Origin: Octopus sinensis | Lineage: Eukaryota | Direction: 5' to 3' | DNA: 64,000 nt | Assembly (NCBI RefSeq): GCF_006345805.1 | Contig: NC_043008.1 | Location: forward strand, 50,468,001-50,532,000 | Shown: positions 1-12,480 of the stretch, in pieces | How positions within the stretch are numbered: position 1 is the first letter of the stretch | Layout of the letters: each line of letters opens with the position of its first letter | The notes under the pieces: model-generated | What the model was told of the DNA's origin: nothing | Databases searched by the model: none | Seen by the model: the letters and a program-made list of their open reading frames with translations, nothing else | Translations under genes and position numbers: made by a program

Positions 1-1267
1 TTTCTTTCTTTTCTCTTGCATCTTGCTTTCTTTTCACATTTATGATTGGCAGAACACAACAACAACAACAACAATAATGACTTCTTTTATAATAATAATA
101 ATAATAATAATAATCTATTGCTCTTGATCAGAATGTCATATACAGATGAGATGTAGTATTAGTTAAACTTCAGATTGATTCTTATAAGAAAATAGCAAAA
201 AAAGTTGCTGATTATGTACACTTTAAATGTTTTTATTTTATTGTATTTTTATTGAAAAATATTCTACAGACAGTGTAATTATGCTATCTGTGTTTATTTC
301 ATGACTTTCAAATAGTATAGTTAACTGTGAACAATTTTCAGAAGATATTTGATTTCAATATGTATTTATGCAATTAGTTGTTTGAATTAATGAGCTTTAT
401 GCAAAGTTCAGTCCAGAGTAATTTGATGTTTAAAATGCTGTTAATTAAATGCTTTACTGATGTTTTTTTTTTTCGTTTTTATTATTATCATTCAGCTGTT
501 GTTGGCATTTTTAAATGTTTCAAAACACATAACAAAACAAGAAAAAAAAACACTCATAAAAACTGTAAAAGAATAAGCTATATTTCATTATTTTTCTTGT
601 TACATCCATGTAGACTCCTTTATCTGAAGTTTCATTTTAGTTTATTTAAAAGTCTGAGAACTGACAGTCTTGACTAGACTGTTGGAAAACATTTTGTTTT
701 GGCGCTTTACTGTTATTTACTCTTATAACAAGAGAAATGTGTGTGTGTGTGTATATATACGCACACATGCAAAACAACTTATCTGTTAGTTAATTAAAAT
801 ATAAACGATTGGTAATTATATAACATAGACCTCAGCATAGAACAAGATAATCTATTTATAACCTGATAATCTATGTGAATTAAGATTTTTAATGTAAATG
901 ATATTGGAGACGTTATTACACATGAGTTTGAGACGGATAAATGAAATAGGCTCACTAATGTATTTTCAACTGATTGTGATGATAAATGCACTTGTTCTAC
1001 CCCTGCTACAATTTGACCTTTTTTTCTCTCTTCCAAATTTGTTTGTCTTCTTGTTGATATCCATGAATTGTGAGTTTTCAAATTTCATCAGGATTGATTT
1101 AGCTTTCATTTATAAAATAAGTGCCTGTTAATCATTGGGGAGTTTATCCAATCAGCTTACACCCGGCTTCAAAATAAGTGGTCTTGCACTAAAGCTGTAA
1201 ATTAGAGGAACATTTATTATTATTATTGTTGTTGTTATTATTATTGTAATGAGCTTCCATTACCAAT

Positions 1268-1570
1268 TCATATCTCAAGGACTTTGCACAGGATTCTTAC
1301 AGAATACAAGATAACAATTTTCTGCAGCTCTGCTATCTGACAATTGCAATATTTCTTCTGTTTCATCAATAGTTGTTTTGACATTCTTCCCCCTGCTTTG
1401 GTGATAATAGGGATAAACTTTACTGACATGCTCCACTGTGTTCTCAAATCTTTGCCCAAATCTAAATACATTTCAATTTTCTCTCTTTCTTTGGCTTCAA
1501 CTCTGCTATCTTGTGCAACAATAAAGTCAGTAATCTTGCATATTTTGTTTCTCCCCGCTTCCATTCTCAT
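1268..1570 (-). mobile_element. R4/Dong-clade non-LTR retrotransposon 3' fragment (restriction-like endonuclease domain)
   Basis: Translation ITDFIVAQDSRVEAKEREKIEMYLDL...W...IPII...LQKIVILYSVRILCKVLEI* fits the R4/Dong C-terminus (D..RV..KE.EKIEKY.DL...W...LQK......ILRKVL); followed on its own strand by (TAA)n at ~1212-1245. Confidence 0.8.
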
Positions 1571-3179
1571 ATTTATTCTCTATGTCTATAGAAAGATGAG
1601 TTTGCAATAAGAAACCTTATAAAGTACCCTACACATGAATAACGGCTTCCCGTTTTTGTTGGCATCTCTCTTTTCATCTATTCATGTGGTAATACATAAT
1701 CCCTCCTCACCTTCCAATGTGTAGGTTTGTTGATGTTTCAATTGTTTTACATTCAGTCAGTCTTCATTGATTTGTTTTGTTTTTGATTTAATCTAACCCC
1801 GGTTAAAAGAATGGCCGGAGGGAAGTAAAAGATGTATTGCTTTGAACATGGTGCAGAAGGAAATTCAATGACTTGGTATTTAGTAACATGGGGCTAATGA
1901 TATTATTGCCATAGAACCACAAATTTATAGGGGGAAATGTGTAGTCTGTTAATTCAATTCTCAGCATGAGGAAGGAATATCAAAGTTGACCGAAGCAGGA
2001 TTTGAGTTTGGAATGTAAAAGGGTTTAACAAAATACCTCAATGCATTTTATACAATGTTCTATCAATATGGCCACCCACATGCTTTCAATAATGAATTAT
2101 AACCCCATCTGAGAGAGATGCTAAAGGTATTATTTCTTACAATAATCCCAAAACACAATAAAACATTGGAACTTACATTCAAAACTGGGAGAAGATTATT
2201 TTATTCAATAGTTGTGAAGGATGGGAAAAAGAATATTTATAAATACATTTGTATTTTCTTTGTACATTTTATGTTAAACTACTGGCTTTATTGTGTTGCT
2301 ACACAAACTGACATTATAGAGATACAATATCAGGGCATGAAAGTTTACGATGAAAGGAGTTATGGTTTTAGAGGTTCTTGTTCCCAACTCTGTCAAACGC
2401 TTTTGTTAATGGTGAAGACAATAAGATAACTTTGTCGGAAATGTCCCAGCATTAGTGAGGGCTAATGTCTGTGAGAGAGACAATAAACACCTCCACAAAA
2501 ACTACATCTACTTATTGAGAAAAATGGTTCTCCATACATTACTGTCATTGACTGTGCTTCGAATCAAGTAATGGTGCTCATAAATTACTATTAAGTAAGA
2601 TGGAGGGTGCAGGTGGGCATATTCGCTTGTGTGTCCATTAATGTTAAGGGATGTTTGGACATCTATATGCCAAAATATTAATCACCAAACAAATGAATGT
2701 CAGTCAGTGTATGTGTGTGTGTGTGTATCGTTTCATTCGTTGAACTGTGGCCATGCTGGGGCACCACCTCAAAGAGTTCAGTTGAATAAATCAACCCCAG
2801 TTGTCAAGCAGTGGTTGACACACACGCATGCACACACACACACACCACACACACACACACACACGTATGTATGTCTTCCTTGCTGTCAGCATGCATTTAT
2901 GTCAAATGACATGCATTAATATTCTTTTTTATGTTATTAAAATAGTGTTTTCAGAGCTCGTTTGTTCATCATCTTCTACTCTGTGTGTATTTGCGGGATC
3001 TGTCTGTCATTTGTGATAGGAATTCAATTATGTGACACATATGAGCTTTGTTCCTTCTTTCTTTCATGTTGTTGTTGTTGCTGTTTAATACTGACTTTCT
3101 AATTGATCTTCTTAATGCTTTCACACTCATTTTGTTTACCAATTCTATTGTCATTATTGTTAAAGAAAATGTGACTCTC

Positions 3180-3379
3180 TGCAGCAACAACAACAACAAC
3201 AAAAAGGAAAGGAAGAAAAATCAGAGAAAGAAAAGAATCCTGCTGCTGCTGCTGCTGCTGCTGCTGTTCTAATTTTCTCTGTCTCTCAGATTACTCTCAG
3301 ATTGCTTGCTAACCCTGTCAGTCTGTTTTCATTTCTGGTTTCAGCCGGCTGTAAACTCCTTCCTGTATTCTCAGCAACA

Positions 3380-3432
<53 letters not shown>

Positions 3433-3549
3433 TGTGTGTGTGTGTGTGTGTATTGCTACTGTTTATCTCTGCCATTGGTAATACATATGTGAGTGACACT
3501 ATATATATATAGTGACACACACACACACACATGCATAGAAATGCACACA

Positions 3550-3580
<31 letters not shown>

Positions 3581-3810
3581 TGCATAGAAATGCACACACG
3601 CACACACACACACACCTGTGTTGCCGAGATAACCTGTTGCTCTGCTATATCATAGATTACTGTCGCTATTCTTTTCTCCAAGACAGTATTCTAAGAAATG
3701 TGTTCCAGCTGCTAATCTTACCACGATGATGACTGGCCGCCACCCACCCTCACCACCACCACCACCACCATTGTGTTGTCTCTTTTTACACACACACACA
3801 CACACAACTT
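3180..3810. repeat. Microsatellite cluster: (CAA)n, (CTG)n, (GT)n, (CA)n, (CAC)n
   Basis: Directly visible; includes a local duplication of (ca)n-tgcatagaaatgcacacacgcacac at ~3515-3615. Confidence 0.9.
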
Positions 3811-6800
3811 GCTTCTAATTATTACACTATCAATACATCGCTTTCGTTCATTCCTCTCGTGTGTTTTATTCTTTCTCCCTTTCTCTCTCTTTCTCTCTCT
3901 TCCTATACATCCCTCATCCTCCTCTTTTCCATCCTTCAGTGCACCACCCTCACATTTTCCCCATCTCTTTCTCTCTTCTGTCTACATCAAGGGGGAGGAA
4001 CCTTGAAGCAAATGATAAAAGAACCTATGTAAGTGCATCTGTGCTGAGAAAAATAATGAATTTTTAATTTTATAAATTCATAGCTTTGTAATTATATTTA
4101 ATTACTGCTTGGGTCTTAAGGCTTAAGCAGTTTTTACACGTAGTTTTATAGAGACTACATCAAGAAGTAGTTTCAAATTGGAGTGTGGCCAAAATTTTAC
4201 TTGTGTGTACAGGGTTCCCCACTTCTGCCTACATGGTCATTTGGCCTGCTAGAAATAGTAATGAAATCTCACTCAAACCACACTCTGGTGTCTTAACAAT
4301 GGAAGGGCACTTTGCACTCTATGTAGCTGTACTACTTTTGATCATAGATTTACTGATAAAGACTGACCTAGGGTTAAGCAACCACTGTCTCTGCTGTACT
4401 ACAACTTTATACTCTTACCATCCTCTCCTAATTCCCTCTGTGTCTCTTTCCCACCTCTTGTATTTTCTCTTCCATCTATCTCCTCTCTTAGTCAGCAATT
4501 CTTCTACCACAATCCTATCATTTACAGATGAACAGCTTTTACCAGTTAAACGCTTGTGTCTTTGTTTCTGTGCAAAACATATTCAGTATAGTTGTATTAT
4601 GGCCCCTCCAGCCATTCTCATCTCTGTTACCATAAGCAGCCTCTTAGCTATATTGAGAAGTTGAAAGTTACAGTGACACAATTTCATATACCTAGGAAGG
4701 TGTTTGAAAATGTTGAGCATTAATACTTTGTGAGAAATTAGATAGAAACTGTACAGAAGAGAAGGTCTCTCCTTGTTGTAAGGTATAGACTCAATCCATC
4801 ACCTGCTTTAATACTCATCTAGTCTTTGGGTGCTTTTAGCAGACTTCAAGTTATTGGAGTTAGGCTCTGATCTGAGCTTAATCCATGAGTTGTGATTTTT
4901 TCTCTCTCCATGTCTTCACCAATGTCAGAAGCTTTTCCCTCCCCCAAAGTACCTCCAATACAGTGTGGAGGTCTGCCTTTTCTTTCCTAAAATATGTGGC
5001 TTGCATGCCTAGCATATGACTGGTTACACAGCAGCAATACCTGGATACTGTAGACTTAAGTAGTGTTGTGGCTAAACTCTTAACCTTCATTGTTTCAAGA
5101 GATTCCTTGGAGATGATGTAGTACACATGTAAGAGAGCCTTCATCCTACCGTACATTACTAAAATACATGCACTACTGTCTCAATACTGTCTTCACTAGT
5201 TCAGTTATATCAGACTAATAGCTAAACAGATCCATTTTTAGATGAAATAGCCATGGGGTCCAGACAATCATGCAGAGATGTTGTTCACTACATTTAGAAT
5301 TGTGATATGAAGGCCTGCACAGTTATGAAACTTGAGACAATACAGAGAGAGCAGGATAAGATCAGCATAAGGGAACAGAGGAAGTGTTAGATGAAAAGAG
5401 GGGGAAAATACAGGTTGCAGAGAATGAGTGTGATGCATGAATCATCTTTATTATGAATCAGATAATGATAGGTGTGTGTGTGTGTGTGTCCCCAAAATTT
5501 TAAACAATTGGTTAATTTATGCTACAATGTTGACCATTCCACCTACCACTTGTCACACCAAACTTCCTCTCTATCCTAACTCCATCCTTCACAATTCACA
5601 CCTCTCACTATTTACGTATTTCATTCTGCAAAAACAGATGTGAAGCCTGGTGCAAAGTCTTCTGCCTAGCCAGCCCCTGTCAAACCATCCAACCCATGCC
5701 AACATGGAAAGCGGATGTTAAATGATGATGATGATTCTCTGTGACCATCAACTTCCAGCTCAATGACTGTTGTTCAGCTATAAACACTTGAAACGACCAG
5801 CTGGCCACTAGTAAGCTAAGCGACCTCGCTGTGTCTGTTTGTGTGTGCATACATACATGATATAGAGCAGTAATCCCAAACTTATGTTGTCAGGAAATCT
5901 TGATACAATTTTCCAAAAATTGCAGAACCCACCTATATTTCACCAACAAACTCTGCCACCCTAATTTTAGTTAGACATTAAATGAAACAGAAATTGTTTT
6001 AGAGAATTTATTGATACAAAAAAAAAAGTTATGAAACAAATAGCTTATTATTTTGAAAAAAGTAAAATGCCATTATTTTCTTGTGGAACTTGAGAATTTT
6101 TTTCACAGAACTCAACTTTGGAAACAGTAGTATAGAGGCTTAAGGAGAAGTACATTTAACTCTCTCTCTGTCTGTCTGTCTGTCTCTCTCTCTCACACAC
6201 ACACACGCTTTCTCTCAAACAACAATGAAGAGGAAGTAGTGTGTGATAAGGAGTGAGAGAGTTCTTGTAAAAAATGCTGTACTCTGAGATGCATCTACAC
6301 ACACACACACACACATACATTTTTATATCTTAGGAGTAAACAAATTTTAAACAAGTGGCTGTTTGGTAAGAAGTTTGTTTCCCAACCACACGGTGGCACC
6401 TTGGGCAAGTGTCTTCTGTAGCTCCAGGCTGTCCAAAGCCTTGTGAATGGTTTTGATAGGTGGGAACTGAAAGAAGCCCATCACATATATATGTATATGT
6501 GTGTGTGTTTCCATGATGTAAACAGTTATTACTGTCATATAAGCAGTGTCATTCATTTCCATGTCTGGTCATGGAGGAAATATTACTTTGCTCAGAAATG
6601 AATAGGCATTGGCAATAGGAAGGACATCTGGCCATAAAAAACCTTCCTCAATAATCTTTATCCAAACCATGCACACATGAAAAACTGGAAATTGATGATA
6701 ACACAAAATGTAATTCAGTAATATTATCCTTCAGTCTCTTGAAACAATTAGTTTCACCATAACCAGTTCTTCAGGTAATGGTACAGTTGTATTAGAACAG

Positions 6801-7578
6801 TAGTTCTCAACCATTTTTTTCATCTGTAGACCCCTTTGTTCCTGTTCTATTCTGATGGACCCCTGCAGCTATTTTATGTTTATAAACTAGTCTCTTTCAA
6901 AATTGCTATTTTGTTTTTCTCACACTAACTTGTGTAAGTCAAACTCTATAAAATGTTAGAGAAAGAAATACATCTAAGCAAAATTTTTTTCATGGACCCT
7001 TAATATATTATTACTGGTCACCAATTTACTATTTTACTTGCATAGATTCTGGACCCCAGTGGAGAACACTGTATTAAAAGAAAAAAAAATGTTTCATATC
7101 ACCCCTGAAGTAGCTATGTCTATTTGAAAGTATTTATTTCTAAAATCTCTGTTGCCTCTGTAATGTGTTATTTTCTCTGTGTTTTTTATGAATTTACTAA
7201 TATGATAAGCATACTACAAAAGTATTTATCAGAAGAGTTATTTAAATTTTAATATAGGAATATAAATAGTACATAATGCAGGAATAGAGCAGTGTGTTTT
7301 CCCCTGGCTTAAAATGTCAACCTTGCAGTGTCTATTTGTTACTTTAGCAAATTTATGAGGCATCAGTGCTGACTTCTTTCCGATATATATATATATACAA
7401 TAGTGATGAATTGTATATAAGCATACGCTAGATGAGATAAGCAAAAGCACAGGCAGTGATCCATGTACATATAGTTATTTAGATGAAAAATTTTATTTAG
7501 AAGCAGATATATATCATCATCATCATCATTTAATGTTCACCTTCCATACTGGCATAGGTGGTGTATGTATATATATAT

Positions 7579-7635
<57 letters not shown>

Positions 7636-9477
7636 CGATTATGCATTTGCTCATTTTACATCTATTTTTTCATGCTAGTATGGGTTGGATGAATACATGT
7701 TATTAGGGCATTATTTTACAGTCAGATGCCCTCCTTGTCACTAATTCTTACCTGTTTTGCAAATAAGAGTGTTTTGTTGGGTTTTTTAAATATTATCCCA
7801 CTTGTCTTCAAAGGTGCAGAGCTACAAGATGAGTTTGACTGGGAATGTCAGCAGAAAAATCTTTTTTGCTCAATGCTCTCATGTGGTTTTCAAAATGTAA
7901 ACTTTGACCCAGCCACATGCAAGCACCCACCCACACACACACGTGCGTAACAGGCTTTCATACAGTTTGTCTACTTTTGTATAAGGCATTGGTCAGACCA
8001 AAGCTGCAGTAAAAGTCGCTTTTCCAAAGTGGCTCACAACCATACATGCACATACATACATACAGATTGCAATATGGGTGTGTGATTAAAAATTTCCTTT
8101 CGTAACTACAGTTTCTGCAGCTGGATGCCCTTCCTAACATAGTGTGTACTGGATGTTTTTGTTCATGCCACCAAGTGGTAGTGAGGTCACCAAGTAACTT
8201 AGACGAAAAGTAAAAAATCCTCTTTGACCGAGTGGGGTTATATTTGAGAGAAGGGAAGGTGGCTTTATGACAGGATAAGCGCACTTTCGCCACTCAACAA
8301 CATATATAACATATATATGTAACTGTTGTGTGTTGATAATTTATAACTGGATTTCAAAAAGAAAAAATATTAATATATACTAGGAGAGACACTGCTGCCT
8401 CAAGCATCACATGGAAGGCTGTGTTTCTTCTAGTTTTTATGAATGGGAGTTGTAATAAGGCTTGATAATCAAAAATTAGGCTGCCCGTCCACACAGACAT
8501 TGTCAAACAGTGACAGACAAATCATAAGGCAAGCCAGTGTCTTTTTAAATAGATTCTAACAAATATGTTACAAAAATAGTTTTTGTCTCCGGTCTTGGAG
8601 TTTCCTTAGCATATATTTATAAATGATAGGAATGTGTTAGAAGCTGGAATATTGAATAAATATATAATTTTTCTTTAACCCTTTTAAGTTTTTTTTAAAG
8701 ATTATTCGTTGAGTGTGTAGATGCAAAAGAGGGACCAAACACAGACAAATCTTCAAAAACCAATGTTTAGTTGGGCTCTTAAAAACTTTCTAAAATCAGG
8801 TCATGTAATCTAGATGTTTGTTTTAAATTTACATTTGTGCATTTCCTGCATTTGCAAGCATTTTTTTTATTTTTTTAAGAAAAAAGAAAAACATACCTGG
8901 CTATTATTGCTGGTTAATGAATTCCAAATCTTGTGTAAATTAATACTCCAGTGGGTTGCTATAGTAATGTTTCTCCTCTGATGCTTCCCTTAAAAATATT
9001 TCGTATTGGCTAAATAAGAAGTGAATTGTTCAGCTAAATCTTTATTCATTAATTATTAATTGGTTTTTAATGATCTCAGATGAACAGAAAATAAAAACAA
9101 ACAATTATCTTAATTAAATTTTTTTGAGAAATAGTTCACTGGCGGTTTTTGTTTAGTTGCAAGTTTGCCTTGCATGTACAGATTTCTGATGAAAGGTCTT
9201 CCAGTCATGACAATGTAGTCTGTTCCTTCAGCATAACTTATATAAGACTGTGTGAGCCAATGTATCTATCTCTTTTTAAGACAATAGACTATCAGTTGAG
9301 GGGGATATTCCTGCTATTTTTAGCAGGTTGACCTACCATAAAGAGGCTCCTATAGTTTATTCAGTTTTGAAACATTTTTATAATTTATTAATAATTATAA
9401 TTTCTGTAACATCTTCTAGATGTAATTTTAAACCTTAGATTATTAATCATCCACAAAGATATTATCAGCTCATACAT

Positions 9478-9903
9478 GCATGGCTGTGTGGTTAAGAAGC
9501 TTGCTGTCCAACTATGTGGTCTCAAGTTCAGTTCCACTGCACAGCAAATTGGGTTATTATCTTCTACTATAGTCCTGGGCCTACCAAATCCTTGCTGAGT
9601 AGATTTGGTAAACAGAAAGTATGCATATAAACGTGTGTGTGTGTGTGTGCGCACGTGTGCGTGCGTGCGTGTGTGTGTGTGCGTGCATGAGTATCACATG
9701 ATAGTTGTAAACAAACATCACTCACATACAAGCGATGTTTGTTTTCAGTCCTTTCTGGAAAAACCTGTCTGGCCATGGGAAATGTTAACCTTGTGTGGGA
9801 TCAGGTGAGGGTTGGGGATCAAAAGGGCATCTGGATCCTGAAAACCTGCCTTAACAAATTCTGTCTCCAAGCATGGAAAAGTGGATGTTAAATGATGATG
9901 ATC
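9478..9903 (+). mobile_element. tRNA-headed SINE with internal microsatellite, tail type B ((GAT)n)
   Basis: Same head as the 59719 family, then (GT)n, then a different body ending gcatggaaaagtggatgttaaatgatgatg. Other copies at ~6356-6700, 13746-14163 and 51228-51590. Confidence 0.8.
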
Positions 9904-10129
9904 ATGGCAACCAAGTTTTTCTTAAGTGACTTAAGAGTTAGTCTCAATGTAGTCTTCATGCCACCATGGGTCAGCCGGGTCTCCCTTGTTACACCTGCTG
10001 TTAACCTCTTCTGTGCTTTTTTGAACATTGATCACTGCATGGATGTTCTCAGATAATTGTGAGTAGGTTTGTAATTATAGCACATTGTACAATTAGGCTC
10101 TTTCCTTATCTCTAATTGATTCTAATATA

Positions 10130-10340
10130 ATGAAGGAACCTCTATGTGGTTGTTTGTTCTACTAAAAACATCAGTTCTCTGAAACCGTATCCTACAGTCT
10201 TAAAAAAAAAGGGGTAAGGATAATTAGATAATGTAGTTATAGGATATATTTAAAGAAATGAAAGACTAGATGGTCATGTCTGAAATGCTTTTGATCATAG
10301 ATCTGTCAGTCATGGTTGACCTGTGGCTAAACAACAACAA
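10130..10340 (+). mobile_element. (CAA)n-tailed interspersed repeat family, representative copy
   Basis: Ends atggtcatg.ctg.aatgcttttgatcatagatctg...ggttgacctg.ggctaaacaacaac. Diverged copies near 4230-4385, 13225-13295, 17705-17775, 41150-41310, 44010-44200 and 52990-53180 (+) and 11985-12160, 52200-52415 and 52515-52710 (-). Confidence 0.7.
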
Positions 10341-12407
10341 TCGAAAGACCATTTATTTTAGAGTTATTATTTTCAACAATTCATTAGTAATGTTTCACAA
10401 AATATGCAGTCTCTGCGATTGTGCTGTACTGTGTGTGATTTGAACATAGATATTTGGATTTCATGTGTTATAAGCTTTTCAGTTTTAATATATGTTAGCA
10501 AATCCATTTCTTGGGAGTTATTTTTAAAACTATATAAATAGATCAGTCAATATCAGAAGTAAAATTAAATTGATTTTCCTTTTTTTGATTTTTTTGCTAA
10601 CAGATGGAGAAGTGAAATCTTCCTTGATGCACCTTCAATATTATTATTTCTTTCAATCTTCTCATTGGTTTAGAATTTCTTTAGTTTACTTTCTTTAATT
10701 TCCAAACCCTGCATCTATCCAAGCATAAACTCTCTCTCTCTCTCTTATTCTGTAGCATGTGTGAAGGGTTAATGAACCTATTATCATATGCAACATTAAA
10801 CATTTGCACTATTTGGGGTTTTTTCAGTGAACACACACACACACATATCAGGTTTTAGTTTATTTTTAATCCTTTCGATGGATATTAAATATAACAATTG
10901 CTTGAGGTCTTGCCATCCTATGTAAACTTAATTATTTTTATAGGAACGTCCATTTTGAAATAGATACGCAGCTGAGTGTGTGCGTGTCCACGCATGCACG
11001 TGCATGCATGTAGCTTGCAGTTGTCATTTAAATCAATGTCATGCAGCCATATGGTGTAAGGTTGAAGAGATATTTATGGATCAGTCAGCCTTGCAAATAT
11101 GATCCATAGGAGAATACAGCAATTATGTCTATAACCAGCTGGGTACAGAAGCTGCAACTCGTTGCTTTAACATGATATTAAACCTTCTTAGGAACACTAC
11201 AAGCATCATCATCATCATCATCATATTGTAATTCTATCACAATTAAAGAGCAAACCAACTATACTCCTTCTTGTGGGAAAATCTTGTAGTTTTCTTATTT
11301 TGTTTTTACCACATTGTTATTAAATGAAGTTTTGCTTTTATATTTATATTTGTGTGGGTTTTTTTTTTACAAGGTGAGCTGTTGATAACAAGATCATGAT
11401 TTCAAATCTTGCTATAATCATTGCATTATATTCTTTGGGAAGACACTTCACCCTGATTTCCTTGGCTTGTCTTGACAATATTTGCCATTTCAGCTTTACA
11501 GTTGATCATTTAGTAAGCAGAAGTAAGTTGACTTGGATAGAGGCTTTATTGTGGGCCAGTCTAACTTGAGTTAATAACATGGAGAAATGGATCTCAAAAT
11601 GATGGTGATAATGATGATGATAACCGGTTTTAAGATGGAATGGTCTACAATTATCTTACATGCCTTAACAATTCTTTCCCATCCCCTTATAGATACTTCC
11701 AATATTTAAAGACTCATATCAAAAGAAATTTTGTTGACAAGTGGTTGATGAGATTAAAATCAATACCAGCTGCTATCTTCGAATTAATTTTTACAAATAG
11801 ATTTGTTTTTGTATTTTGATAATGTCTATTGTCAACTTCCCTTTTTAATTTCTGGTAATATATATATATATATATAACTTCATTTTGATTCAAATGTTGA
11901 CTTGAATTACAATTTCTTTTAAAATGTTTCAACTAAATTTACCTATTCTAAATACTGTCACATATTGTTATAGTTTACCCAAAGTTTACTTGGGTCCAGC
12001 AGATGTCGGATCAGAAACATTTCTGTCATGACCTTCTTATCTTAACATACACCAAATACTATGTTATCTGATCTTTCCTCCTCATTTCAAGACAGTACAA
12101 TATAATTTCAGGTAGATTTGATTGTTATTTCTAGTTGGTTGATCTAACATATAGAGGCTCCCTTTTTTGCTTGTGTCAAGAAACTATAGAGAAGGTGGTG
12201 GTGGTAAATAAAAATGTAGCCATTCATTCTGGATTTCTTGGCTGTGTGGTAAGAAGCTTGCTTTCCAACCACATGGTTCTGAGTTCAGTCCCACTATGTA
12301 GCATCTTGGGCAAGTGTCTTCTACTATAGCCTCGGGTCAACCAAAGCTTTGTGAGTGGATTTGGTAGAGGGAAACTGAAAGAAGCCTGTTGTGTGTGTGT
12401 ATGTATG

Positions 12408-12480
<73 letters not shown>

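Noticed and set aside
8956-9012. RFX X-box-like gttgctatagtaat near an inverted CCAAT
   Set aside because: Imperfect short motifs are expected by chance in 64 kb; no other promoter evidence.
10570-10672. Strong-looking acceptor (ctaacag) followed by TGG AGA as the missing SWRR exon
   Set aside because: No GT donor at the required position and no YLSPP.D motif; the frame runs to a stop.
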